Below, in pieces: positions 28,037-37,200 of a DNA stretch of 64,000 bases. The translations under genes were made by a program, and so were the position numbers. The DNA comes from a virus (lineage: Duplodnaviria; Caudoviricetes), in IMG/VR virus record IMGVR_UViG_3300031993_000041, positions 24,876 through 88,875 of that record, one strand, 5' to 3'. How positions within the stretch are numbered: position 1 is the stretch's first letter; each line of letters begins with the position of its first letter. The notes beneath the pieces are model-generated. The model was not told the origin of the DNA. It searched no databases and was given only the letters and a program-made list of their open reading frames with translations.

Positions 28037-28110
28037 TTTCAATGTACTTAAAATCTTTAATTATCTGTCTCACGACAAATGTACTTTATTTTTCGTATAT
28101 AAAAAACAAC
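28037..28110 (-). promoter_or_regulatory. RNA-island leader: promoter motif, boxB-like hairpin, boxA-like motif
   Basis: GTTGTTTTTTATATA (28096-28110), TGTCGTGAGACA hairpin, AAGTACATTGAAA. Confidence 0.6.
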
Positions 28111-28123
28111 GTTTCTACAGAAA

Positions 28124-28516
28124 TTATTTATTTTTTTCATTTTTTTCTTCCTGCAACGGTATTCCGCCGTTTATGGTGTCTGTACCTGTTGAAGTATATA
28201 TGACTCCCCTTAGCGGACAATTTAAGCAATCCTTAAACGGATTCGTGCAGTCGGTCCAATCCTTACAGTTCTTTGGAAACGTTCTAATCGAAGGATAATC
28301 AATTAGAGGCGGTTTGTCGTCTACGACTATTTTCCTAAACTCGGTTTTTGCTATTTCCGAATCTTCGAAATCCTTCGTGGTATATTCGATTCTGTCTCGG
28401 TCATCGCATTTCATAATAAATTCGAGGACGTCTTCAGGATTATTAAAGCAGTCAAGATATTCTTTCTTCTTGCTTTCATCCTTTTCAAAAACTCTGTAAA
28501 CAATATAAATCTTCAT
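28124..28516 (-). CDS. hypothetical protein with CxxC-type Cys cluster
   Basis: 130-aa ORF, CKDWTDCTNPFKDCLNCP. Confidence 0.7.
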   Translation of the reverse strand: MKIYIVYRVFEKDESKKKEYLDCFNNPEDVLEFIMKCDDRDRIEYTTKDFEDSEIAKTEFRKIVVDDKPPLIDYPSIRTFPKNCKDWTDCTNPFKDCLNCPLRGVIYTSTGTDTINGGIPLQEEKNEKNK

Positions 28517-28534
28517 AGCCTTTTATTATTTAAT

Positions 28535-28735
28535 TTATTCAATAGAATTTCTGTTTATCTTATAACAATTGCTCACCGTGCATGCCTTGCCTGTATGAGC
28601 GCATTCCGTTACTGATGTTTTCTTGTCAATGCGACGAAGCCTCGACTCGTTACACCTGAAACGGTATGTCATGTAATCGGATGCGGTAAGAACCTGTTCT
28701 TCCTTCTCCTTATTCCATTTGCTTATCTTTGTCAT
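28535..28735 (-). CDS. small hypothetical protein
   Basis: 66-aa ORF in operon. Confidence 0.55.
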   Translation of the reverse strand: MTKISKWNKEKEEQVLTASDYMTYRFRCNESRLRRIDKKTSVTECAHTGKACTVSNCYKINRNSIE

Positions 28736-28756
28736 AGCACAAACTTATTTATTGTA

Positions 28757-28969
28757 TTATTTTTCAAATTCTTTTTGAATCATTTCAATTTTATCTTTTG
28801 CCCATGAGAGGCTTCCAACAGGCAAAACCTTACAAGGCAGTTTCTTTTTCCTATCCTCTTTCCCAAGCTTGTATGCCTGCCATAACAGATATGTCGATTT
28901 AGTTACCTTAATCTTTTTACCTATATATCCCAATATATAGTACTGTCCTTGTATGCCTAAGATATTCAT
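28757..28969 (-). CDS. small hypothetical protein
   Basis: 70-aa ORF in operon. Confidence 0.6.
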   Translation of the reverse strand: MNILGIQGQYYILGYIGKKIKVTKSTYLLWQAYKLGKEDRKKKLPCKVLPVGSLSWAKDKIEMIQKEFEK

Positions 28970-28975
28970 ATCTAC

Positions 28976-29350
28976 CTAATATTCGAAACAGTCAGTATAT
29001 GCCATTGAAACGCTGGTGATGAAATCTTCAAGCTCATTCGAATTCTTCACGGTATAGAAACTGTCTTTATCAAAAGTCATGTCATTGCCTTCGTCATCCA
29101 TTATCCTGAAATTTTTGGACAGTTCTTCGAATTCCAGCAGCGTATCGCCGTAATTGAATTCGACTGTAATCGTATCGGTCTCATAATAGTATTTGTAATA
29201 AGACTTGACATCATACTCTTCCATAGGGACAGCCTCGAATAAGATGTATCCGTTCTCACGGTCTACTTTCTTTTCCTCGATGACGTCATCAAGAAAGATA
29301 TGCTTGATTACAGAAACTCTTTCCTCAGTCGTTAATTCATTCAGCTTCAT
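28976..29350 (-). CDS. acidic hypothetical protein
   Basis: 124-aa ORF in operon. Confidence 0.7.
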   Translation of the reverse strand: MKLNELTTEERVSVIKHIFLDDVIEEKKVDRENGYILFEAVPMEEYDVKSYYKYYYETDTITVEFNYGDTLLEFEELSKNFRIMDDEGNDMTFDKDSFYTVKNSNELEDFITSVSMAYTDCFEY

Positions 29351-29633
29351 CGCAAGGCTTGTTTAGTTTTTTCTTAAACTCTTCGATAGACCCTTGAATG
29401 TCTACGAAATTAGCATATCCTTTGTCTATCATGACAAGAAGATTCTGGAACTGCTTGAGCTCTTTTTCAAATGCCTTGCAGGCGCTTTCTATCATCGTCT
29501 GCTCGCCATGCCTTACGCCTTCTTTAAACCAGCCGCCGTAATACCAGCCTCCGGTTTCCACCCTGCCATCCGAAGTCTTTCTTTTCTCTCGGATTTCTTC
29601 GACTTTCTTTTCTATTTGTTCATCTGTCAACAT
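29337..29633 (-). CDS. hypothetical protein
   Basis: 98-aa ORF overlapping the next start. Confidence 0.7.
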   Translation of the reverse strand: MLTDEQIEKKVEEIREKRKTSDGRVETGGWYYGGWFKEGVRHGEQTMIESACKAFEKELKQFQNLLVMIDKGYANFVDIQGSIEEFKKKLNKPCDEAE

Positions 29634-29656
29634 AACTGTTTTATTTTAAGGTTAAA

Positions 29657-30010
29657 CTAATCTTCTTCAAGTTTGACGTTCTTGCAGACGAAATCATAAA
29701 ACTTGTCGGCAAGCTCTTCCATCTCGCTTATACCAAGGTCAGCCATTATGGTAAACTCGCATCTCTCATCGACATTACGGCTGACGTCTATAATCTTCTC
29801 AAGAAGGTAATCATCCTTGTCGTGATATTTTCTGACGTCATATATACAATACAGTAATTGGCTTACAGCGCGCACGTCACCATATTTGTCTTTCTTCCGT
29901 CTTACAGCCTTATAGAAATACCAGTCAGAACCATGCACGACGCCATTAGACTTTTTGAAGCCGTTATCATAAAGAGTCTTCTCAAATTCGTTATATCCTT
30001 GTTCTGTCAT
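29657..30010 (-). CDS. hypothetical protein
   Basis: 117-aa ORF in operon. Confidence 0.7.
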   Translation of the reverse strand: MTEQGYNEFEKTLYDNGFKKSNGVVHGSDWYFYKAVRRKKDKYGDVRAVSQLLYCIYDVRKYHDKDDYLLEKIIDVSRNVDERCEFTIMADLGISEMEELADKFYDFVCKNVKLEED

Positions 30011-30024
30011 AACAGTCTTTGTTA

Positions 30025-30414
30025 TCAGTTTTCCGTAATCTTATATTTCCTATAAACATCTGTACCTTCTTCGACACGTATCGCAAGTCCCTTCTCAAGA
30101 AGTCCGTTGCAGTCGAAGTGTTTGCGATACATCCATTCAGCTGCAGCTATCGGATTTTCTCTGGACAGCTTTTCATATTCTTCCCTCTCCTTAGGTGTCA
30201 TGTCTTTCGTATGCCTCAGGAAAGGGAGGACAGACGTCACGTTGAATCCGATATTATATTTCGAGACATTAACCTTGTATTCATTCGATATTGATTTCAG
30301 GGTATATGTCTTCTTATTGCCAATACTTAGAATCTTGCAGCCGTATGGAATCCGGCATGACAAATCTCGTAGCAACAGTTTTTCTTCAGGTTTGATAAAG
30401 TATTTCGCAGCCAT
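30025..30414 (-). CDS. hypothetical phage protein
   Basis: start moved to ATG 30414 (MAAKYF) to avoid overlap with 30425..30733. Confidence 0.7.
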   Translation of the reverse strand: MAAKYFIKPEEKLLLRDLSCRIPYGCKILSIGNKKTYTLKSISNEYKVNVSKYNIGFNVTSVLPFLRHTKDMTPKEREEYEKLSRENPIAAAEWMYRKHFDCNGLLEKGLAIRVEEGTDVYRKYKITEN

Positions 30415-30424
30415 AACTGTTTTA

Positions 30425-30733
30425 TTAAAGTTCTTTTTTGTCTTGCATGTCAATCTGCCGTATCCGTTCCTGGCAGATATGTATGATTTTCTCGTAATCA
30501 AGCTTTCTGCTCTCACCCTCTTTCGTACGCAAGACTCTTTTAAGAATGTCGCCGTCCCAGGGGTTCAGCTCATACTCCTGCCAGATATGCCATGGCTGTA
30601 TAATGTGCTGCGCATAGTCGCTCTTGCCTACGTTATGGTCTTGACAGTTTCCGTTATCAATTCTAAGAATTCCAAGGTTCACAAGCCTTACAATTCTTTT
30701 ATAGTTTATATTTACAAATTCTTTGGCATCCAT
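30425..30733 (-). CDS. DUF3310-like phage protein
   Basis: HNVGKSDY...QPW...NPWDGDILKRVLRTK....LDYEKIIH. Confidence 0.7.
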   Translation of the reverse strand: MDAKEFVNINYKRIVRLVNLGILRIDNGNCQDHNVGKSDYAQHIIQPWHIWQEYELNPWDGDILKRVLRTKEGESRKLDYEKIIHICQERIRQIDMQDKKEL

Positions 30734-30737
30734 TATA

Positions 30738-31070
30738 TTATTTTATTTTAAATCCGTTTTTATTCGTCGTTTCAATTACGGCATAATCATAGAACAACAT
30801 AAGATTCTCCCTATACTTGGAATAATCATCAATAATCTTACATATCTGCATTGAACTCAGACTTCCCTCCTCCCACTTATACTTTAATTCGAAAAAAGTT
30901 ATCATCTTACCAGCGTATGTCAGTCTTTCCCTTATTACTGATTCATCCACATCATAGGTTGGTCCTTGAATGTTTGAACTGTTCGTAATACATGACAGAA
31001 TCACATACTTGCATTTTTCATAGTCAGCCTTCATCCGGCGGCGTAACTTACGTACTGTAAATATCTCCAT
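30738..31070 (-). CDS. hypothetical protein
   Basis: 110-aa ORF directly after promoter motif at 31082-31096. Confidence 0.7.
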   Translation of the reverse strand: MEIFTVRKLRRRMKADYEKCKYVILSCITNSSNIQGPTYDVDESVIRERLTYAGKMITFFELKYKWEEGSLSSMQICKIIDDYSKYRENLMLFYDYAVIETTNKNGFKIK

Positions 31071-31099
31071 AATTATTTTTATATATAAAAAACAACAAA

Positions 31100-31340
31100 T
31101 TAAGCTTTACTAAAAACAGAATTGTATTTTTCCATCATTTTCTTTCTCTCTTCTTCAGACAGTGACGCAAGATACTGATAGCTAAGCTTCTTACACATGT
31201 GACGGTCATCCTTACATCTATTAGACCAAGGATACATACACTCTTGCAAGACTTCTTTGTCTGGATTATCGGTGTATGGTGCAATACTTGTAGTTGTTTT
31301 GCTTCTTCTCCGGATATAATCTTCCTTTTCCCTTTCCCAT
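31100..31340 (-). pseudogene. small Cys-containing gene split by an apparent single-base frameshift
   Basis: MGKGKGRLYPEKK..CTIHR* (24 aa), continuing in the +1 frame as DNPDKEVLQEC..C..C..SKA*. Confidence 0.45.
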
Positions 31341-31345
31341 AACTT

Positions 31346-31672
31346 CTATTTTTTATTGTTTATTTTCATGTTCATTACTTTGAGACAACGATGCAATTCT
31401 GAGAAATACTTGACATCTGTCTCAAAGTCACGATATTTGCCATCACGATAGCCGTACTCATAACTTCTTATTGTCAGAACCCAGAAATCTTGATGATGTC
31501 TTTTGTATAATACAACCAACTTTGAAGGGATGCCTCTTGTATACCTTCTTGCTGACTGAAACAATAGTGTCACACCATCATTGTCACTCTGTTCGAAGAA
31601 TTTGAACACTTCATTGTCGTCACATACACGGATTTTCTTCAGTTCTTCTTTTGTTATCAATTTACTACTCAT
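31346..31672 (-). CDS. hypothetical protein
   Basis: 108-aa ORF. Confidence 0.7.
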   Translation of the reverse strand: MSSKLITKEELKKIRVCDDNEVFKFFEQSDNDGVTLLFQSARRYTRGIPSKLVVLYKRHHQDFWVLTIRSYEYGYRDGKYRDFETDVKYFSELHRCLKVMNMKINNKK

Positions 31673-31715
31673 AACTCACTTTGTTTTAATCACAACATTT
31701 CCTATGACTTCAATT

Positions 31716-31940
31716 TTAGATTTCTTCAGAACGTTCCTGTTCTTCACTCTCTTCTGTATCGTAATCACTTGTTTTAACGATATAAATGACGGCGCCAAGC
31801 AAAAAGCCTATGACATATAGCGAAAGCAAGATATACATAGGTATAAACACCTGATACCACGTCATCGTCGTCAAATCAAAAAGCTTTAAGAATATAAGCA
31901 TAACCTGTATGACAGGCAATATTGGAAATCCTCTCTCCAT
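31716..31940 (-). CDS. small membrane protein
   Basis: two hydrophobic segments, acidic tail. Confidence 0.7.
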   Translation of the reverse strand: MERGFPILPVIQVMLIFLKLFDLTTMTWYQVFIPMYILLSLYVIGFLLGAVIYIVKTSDYDTEESEEQERSEEI

Positions 31941-31974
31941 AATCTTAATTTTTAATTGTCTTTAATTGTTCTCA

Positions 31975-32151
31975 CTAAAATAGAATCTTATAGATTATCA
32001 GAACAATAATGGCTCCGACGACTCCGCAAATTATTTCTTCAGAATATTGACTGAAATATTCAGAATCAGTCCAAAGCCTCGTGACTATTTCATCAGCTTT
32101 GCCTATATAATCACGAGGATTGTCACAAAATCTCTTCAGAATCTCTTTCAT
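31975..32151 (-). CDS. 58-aa protein with C-terminal hydrophobic segment (below ORF-track cutoff)
   Basis: read by hand: MKEILKRFCDNP...IICGVVGAIIVLIIYKILF*. Confidence 0.55.
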   Translation of the reverse strand: MKEILKRFCDNPRDYIGKADEIVTRLWTDSEYFSQYSEEIICGVVGAIIVLIIYKILF

Positions 32152-32162
32152 CTTATTTACGC

Positions 32163-32456
32163 TTAATCCGTCATTCTGAAATAATACTCAGCTTCTTCGC
32201 CTTTAAGATGTCTGCCTGCATACGTATCAGCCTTGCGCCATAATGTATCATATACAGTCGCAAGAGCTTCGTTCCCTGTGTCGTAATGCTGCCATATCTT
32301 ATGGTTGAGCACTATTATCAAATCGGTAAGATACCTGTAGTCACTTTTCCATTCTTTAAACGCGCGGTTAAACGTATCCTTAACTGCATTTACTCCGAAT
32401 CTGTCCGCAATGGAGAAATCCATCCAGAACGTCGTTGAAAATTTTTCCTCTGCCAT
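32163..32456 (-). CDS. conserved phage hypothetical protein
   Basis: TTFWMDFSIADRFGVNAVKDTFNRAFKEWK..Y.YLTDL.IVLNHKIWQHY. Confidence 0.75.
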   Translation of the reverse strand: MAEEKFSTTFWMDFSIADRFGVNAVKDTFNRAFKEWKSDYRYLTDLIIVLNHKIWQHYDTGNEALATVYDTLWRKADTYAGRHLKGEEAEYYFRMTD

Positions 32457-32468
32457 AATTCTCTGGTT

Positions 32469-32894
32469 TTAATTGTTATTACTTAGTTCGCTGATAAAAA
32501 TTCTTACTCTTGTATTGCCATTCAGGAATCGGGTGCAGTCTATCTCATACCTCTTATTTCCTTCCAAATCTTCGAAACAACACGACCCATTTTCTCCTAA
32601 CTTGAAATATGTTGTCTTACGCCCGAATCCATCAATGATATTATACCCATTTGAAAGCGGGAGCAACTGAGAGTCATAATTCCCCAATTTATTGAAAATG
32701 GCTTTGTTAAGAATATCAAATGTCCAGAGCTTAGTCTTAGGGAATACAAATTCCCTGAAGAAACTGTACTTGGTATCCCAACTGCATACTTTCTTAGCCT
32801 TGCTGTAGTATTTGTCCACAGCTGCTATCACTTTGTTCCAGGAATCGAGGGCTTCTTCTCTCGAATATTCCTTATCCTTCATTACGTATGTCAT
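32469..32894 (-). CDS. hypothetical protein
   Basis: 141-aa ORF. Confidence 0.7.
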   Translation of the reverse strand: MTYVMKDKEYSREEALDSWNKVIAAVDKYYSKAKKVCSWDTKYSFFREFVFPKTKLWTFDILNKAIFNKLGNYDSQLLPLSNGYNIIDGFGRKTTYFKLGENGSCCFEDLEGNKRYEIDCTRFLNGNTRVRIFISELSNNN

Positions 32895-33033
32895 TGTTTT
32901 AAGTTTTGTTTAGACAAATATATGTTGATATTTTCTATTTTTAACAAAAATTGTTAAAAATTTTTGAAGGATGTTCTTAACTACTTGGTTACCAATAAGA
33001 AAAATTTTAACCTTTACCTATGATTTTATCGAT

Positions 33034-33362
33034 TTAGAGAATACAGTCTCTCAGTATTCTCCATTTCTGTTCGTAGTCATAAATGTGGAAATCGTCCCAT
33101 TTAATAAGTTTCGTGCCTTTGTCTTGATTCTTGTGGTTATAGTCAACTTGATATAGGCCGTTATAGTCGAAAAAGAATTTATCAAGAATCTTGCATACGA
33201 AATGCCCCTTTATGACATCATAATAGATTTCACCGTTAAAACGGTCTTTCAGGATGACTGCAAAATAATAGCAGTTTCCAGATGTCCAATTACAATCTTT
33301 AAACCTGCTGCAGAATTCTGCAACTTCTTTTTCAAGTTCTTTTAATATATCCATGTCTTCAT
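33034..33362 (-). CDS. hypothetical protein
   Basis: GNCYYFAVILK motif; start moved to 33362 because the promoter motif lies at 33374-33388. Confidence 0.7.
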
Positions 33363-33392
33363 AATTTTTAATATATATAAAAAACAACAAAT

Positions 33393-33424
33393 AAAAAGAA
33401 AGCGCCTGAATTCAGACGCTTTCC
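33393..33424 (-). terminator. intrinsic terminator
   Basis: GAAAGCGTCTGAA-TTCAGGCGCTTTC followed by T-run on minus strand. Confidence 0.75.
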
Positions 33425-33463
33425 TCCCAAGTATTAACTATAAAAATTATGTTATGGCCGATG

Positions 33464-34480
33464 TTATTCTACGACAGCTTGTTTGGCAATCATCGTACAG
33501 AACTGTTTGAAATTAGGATAATTTTCAAGAAGTTCCTGATGTTTCTTCATATATCTTTCAGCATTTTCTTTGAAAGAAGCTGCAGCATCATGTGCAAGGC
33601 CTGCGCTGAATGTCAAGTTGTATTTACAGAACGGGGTACCTTCTTTCAGAAGCTCATTGGTATTAAGCAATACCTTGAATGCTTTCTCATTCTGCTTAGC
33701 GAATTTCTTTACAGTTTCACCGTCTGCTTCAAGTATTGAATGGAATTCAGTTGTACCGTTGTTTGTCTTGCAGACTTTCAACACAACATCGTTAACAACA
33801 AGTTTCGCAATTTGTTTAGCTGCTGCCATTCTTTCTATATCGCCTGACAGATTAAACTTGTCTTCGTTTTCTTTGAAGAATTTAGACATAGGCATCCACA
33901 TATCAGCGACAACATAAATCGTAGCAGCTCTCTGATTATTTTCGTGTTTTCCGGATAAGTCCTTAAACTCGATTTTGTCAGGTATATCATTACCAGTCTT
34001 AATATAAGCCATTGGGAACAAGCTATAATATCCTTTTTCCAAAGCTTGCTTTATTGCCTTCTCGCCTTTGCTTACTATGTCATCGACAGTCACGCCGCCG
34101 GTATATCCAGTGAAGAAAGCAACTTTCAACTTGCCGCCTTTCTTTTTTGCAAGCTCTCTGACCTGTGCATATTCGCCTGTCGTAGGTACGATAAGTTCAA
34201 CTTCTTTGAAATAGTCCGTACCGAACAGGCCTTCATTGATATTCCTGCTTTCTCTTAAGAACTGCTTATAAGTCAACAGTCTGCCTGTCTTGCTTTCAGA
34301 CATTCCTTGTTTCTGGCAGTTATTCCAGAAGTCAACCTCATCACTGAATCCTTTCAGCAATTCAATTTTTTCTCCAGGCGATACAGGTATTCCTGCATTC
34401 GAAATAACTAATTCATCGTCGTTCCAATTTACTATGAATTTTTCTCCATCGCTTTCGCGTACAAATATTCTCGTTTCCAT
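33464..34480 (-). CDS. hypothetical protein with internal LLTYKQFLRES..INEG motif
   Basis: 338-aa ORF, ATAAATA upstream. Confidence 0.8.
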   Translation of the reverse strand: METRIFVRESDGEKFIVNWNDDELVISNAGIPVSPGEKIELLKGFSDEVDFWNNCQKQGMSESKTGRLLTYKQFLRESRNINEGLFGTDYFKEVELIVPTTGEYAQVRELAKKKGGKLKVAFFTGYTGGVTVDDIVSKGEKAIKQALEKGYYSLFPMAYIKTGNDIPDKIEFKDLSGKHENNQRAATIYVVADMWMPMSKFFKENEDKFNLSGDIERMAAAKQIAKLVVNDVVLKVCKTNNGTTEFHSILEADGETVKKFAKQNEKAFKVLLNTNELLKEGTPFCKYNLTFSAGLAHDAAASFKENAERYMKKHQELLENYPNFKQFCTMIAKQAVVE

Positions 34481-34596
34481 TATTAAGATATTTTAAATTT
34501 ACACATTTTATTTATGATTTAATGAAAAAGAGGGAGAACAATCTTGTTTCTTCCCTCTCCCCCTAAAAAAACAATTATGAAAACAACTTGATATAA

Positions 34597-35802
34597 CTAT
34601 TCTTCAGTTAAGTCTTCATCGTCATCATCAGCATCGTCAACGAGTTCTTCAAGCTCTTCGTCGCTGCTCTTGCTGTATGCAAGCTCTTTCTTAATGATTT
34701 CGTCTATCCTGTGAAGGCGTTCATCAGTGAAAACTTTGTCCGACCAGAGCTCCTTGATTCCGAATGCCTCTCCGGAATCAGTACATATATATCTTCCGGA
34801 ATCGCTTCTTAAGAAATACTTCACGGTACCGTCTGCGCATGTGACTTTCTTGCAGGCATTCTTCTCAGCGTCTTTCATCTTTTCGTATTCTTTCTCCGTA
34901 ATGAATTTTCCTCTGTCAGCGCCGCAATTTTCCCATGACACATATTTCTCAAGACCGATATATGGATTCATACCGCGTATATACGATATATTGAACTCTA
35001 TCGGTGTCGGTATGCAGAACCTGTTCTTATTCGGCATCGCGAATACACGGATACCGGTCTGAACATTCCCTTCTTCTTTAAGCTTGCCTTTGCTGAGGTT
35101 AAGTATGATACTCGCCCCGTATACTGAACCCTTTCCTCCTGACTGAATCTTGCCTCCGAACATATCCTGCGAATCATATACATGATTCGTGAATATCAAA
35201 GTCGAATTAAGTATGCCAAGCTTCGCCATACATATCCTGAATATCGACCTCATCAGCTTTGCTCTCGTCATATCTGATTTGTCGCTGTTCGATTTAGCGT
35301 CTTCAATCTCTTTCGCCGTAGGCAAGTTTCCTGCTGAGTCGAGGCAGACAAGCAGTTTCGGAATCTCAGCTCCCTTGTCTTTTTCTTCGATGAGGTAGTC
35401 AAGCATTGATGTCATCTTCGTACGGAATTCCTGTATTGTCTGTACAGGTTCGTATCTTACCTCCTTCGTATTGATGCCGAAATTAACGAACTGCTCGAAA
35501 TCAACGGCATTCTCACTGTCAAACCAGATAACACTGTATCCCTGCTTCTGAGCTTCCCTGCATATATTCAACATCAGAAAGGTTTTTCCAGTGCTGGGGT
35601 CGCCACTTAAACTTGTACTTCTGTTATTCGGAACGCCTTTGAATATTGAGCCCGTCAGACAGGCATTCAGCATGTAGTTGCCCGTTGAGATGTAGTCAGT
35701 AATAGTGGAAATCGTACCATCGCTTACAAGACCTCCATATTTCGATGTCTTGCTCATAAACTTGTTAAGGTCGTTGAACGTGATTTGTTTTTTCTCAGCC
35801 AT
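34597..35802 (-). CDS. uvsX: RecA/UvsX-like recombinase
   Basis: STGNYMLNACLTGS, GDPSTGKT Walker A, LDSAGNL, FTNHVY, SGGKG; acidic tail. Confidence 0.93.
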   Translation of the reverse strand: MAEKKQITFNDLNKFMSKTSKYGGLVSDGTISTITDYISTGNYMLNACLTGSIFKGVPNNRSTSLSGDPSTGKTFLMLNICREAQKQGYSVIWFDSENAVDFEQFVNFGINTKEVRYEPVQTIQEFRTKMTSMLDYLIEEKDKGAEIPKLLVCLDSAGNLPTAKEIEDAKSNSDKSDMTRAKLMRSIFRICMAKLGILNSTLIFTNHVYDSQDMFGGKIQSGGKGSVYGASIILNLSKGKLKEEGNVQTGIRVFAMPNKNRFCIPTPIEFNISYIRGMNPYIGLEKYVSWENCGADRGKFITEKEYEKMKDAEKNACKKVTCADGTVKYFLRSDSGRYICTDSGEAFGIKELWSDKVFTDERLHRIDEIIKKELAYSKSSDEELEELVDDADDDDEDLTEE

Positions 35803-35847
35803 ATCGCATTAAAATTAAAAATATTGAACTTATATAATAAACAACGT

Positions 35848-36606
35848 TTAGTAGCCTAATTGATACCTTAAATCGCGAATATTCGCGTATATCTTGTCAT
35901 CTCTCATTATCGAACATAGGAAATACTCTGAAAAATGGGTAAATCGTATATCGTCGAATTCTATATTCATGATGGAATTTATATCTATGCCTTCCGATTT
36001 GAAGTATTCCCTTACAAGTACCGGATTTATCCATTGGAAGGTGCCGTCAAGATAGCTTCCGCCGGTAAGCCTTGCTATATACGGGTATTTCATAGCATAT
36101 CTCGCATACTGCCCTTTCCAAAGCCATTTTCTGTACCATTCGACATCTTTGAGCTCGAGATGGGCGCCAGCCATCGGATATGTTCTTACGGCATGCAGCG
36201 TCTCATCGGCAAAACATCCACGGTACAAGACGTCTATCCATTTCTTTCTTGACCCGACAAACCAAGGGTCTTCCCGCCTTACGCCCTTGAAATGACAATA
36301 GAAGACAGGTTCGAAGCCTGTCTCGATATATTTGAATATCTTACCGTAATACGCCGGATATTCCCCTTGCCACTGTACATTATCAATATCCGTAATGCTG
36401 TAGTTTGACACAATGTTTTCTTTTATGATTCTATGTACGAATCCGAGAACATCGTCAGACTTCCTGTCGTATGACACCACGAAATCGATATTATGGAATA
36501 TGCTTCTGAAATCATACTCCTTAATATACTTAAAATGCAGCTTTTCGAACTCGTTCAGTTCGAGGATGCTTCTGTCCTTAAAATACCAATAGATAACCGC
36601 CCTCAT
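35848..36606 (-). CDS. hypothetical protein, possible glycosyltransferase-like fold
   Basis: VFYCHFKGV...W motif and GTFQW. Confidence 0.45.
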   Translation of the reverse strand: MRAVIYWYFKDRSILELNEFEKLHFKYIKEYDFRSIFHNIDFVVSYDRKSDDVLGFVHRIIKENIVSNYSITDIDNVQWQGEYPAYYGKIFKYIETGFEPVFYCHFKGVRREDPWFVGSRKKWIDVLYRGCFADETLHAVRTYPMAGAHLELKDVEWYRKWLWKGQYARYAMKYPYIARLTGGSYLDGTFQWINPVLVREYFKSEGIDINSIMNIEFDDIRFTHFSEYFLCSIMRDDKIYANIRDLRYQLGY

Positions 36607-37179
36607 TTAATTGTCTCCTCTCGCTGTCGTACTTTTTACTATTTCTATAAGCTGTCTGTTCGTAGATATAAGCTTTGACGGGTCTGTTCCTTCTTCCCTG
36701 ACTACTTTCGCCTCTTCGACCGTCTTTATATCTTCTATCAATTCCTTGTATCCGGTTTCCGTGTTCTTTATAAGGCTCTGCTCGAGCTTGATGAGGTCAA
36801 GCATCGTCCTCTGTGTGTTCGCAAGACAGTCATACAACTTCGGATTGAAGTCAATGTCTATTTGGTCAAGTATGCTGCTGACGACATCCTCGCAGATGTT
36901 TATCTGGCGTATGAGCGTCGCGATATTGGCGGTGGAAACGATGTTCTTCGCCATAAGGTACTGCTGGTCACCAATAATACCTGCCTGGACATACTGCCTA
37001 AACATCGAATCCATGAGATTCTTTGCCTTTCTCTCAGCTTCCGCCTTCTTGTTATTGACATCGACGCCAAGGGTCGTAGCAGGTTTGGGCTTGTCGAATA
37101 TCATCTCATCCTTGTTATTCTTCATGTCCTCCTGCATTCTGTCTGCAAGGTTTACCAAGTCATCTAATTCTGAATCCAT
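36607..37179 (-). CDS. helical protein, possibly terminase small subunit (gp16-like)
   Basis: NPKLYDCLANTQRTMLDLIK resembles the gp16 helix; perfect TATAAATA at 37198-37205 upstream. Confidence 0.35.
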   Translation of the reverse strand: MDSELDDLVNLADRMQEDMKNNKDEMIFDKPKPATTLGVDVNNKKAEAERKAKNLMDSMFRQYVQAGIIGDQQYLMAKNIVSTANIATLIRQINICEDVVSSILDQIDIDFNPKLYDCLANTQRTMLDLIKLEQSLIKNTETGYKELIEDIKTVEEAKVVREEGTDPSKLISTNRQLIEIVKSTTARGDN

Positions 37180-37200
37180 AGTTTCTAAATTTTTATTTAT

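Noticed and set aside
22400-28100. CRISPR array
   Set aside because: The recurring ttcgaa/gaacc and caatgtac words are T-loops and boxA-like motifs, not identical repeats with regular spacers; no cas genes.
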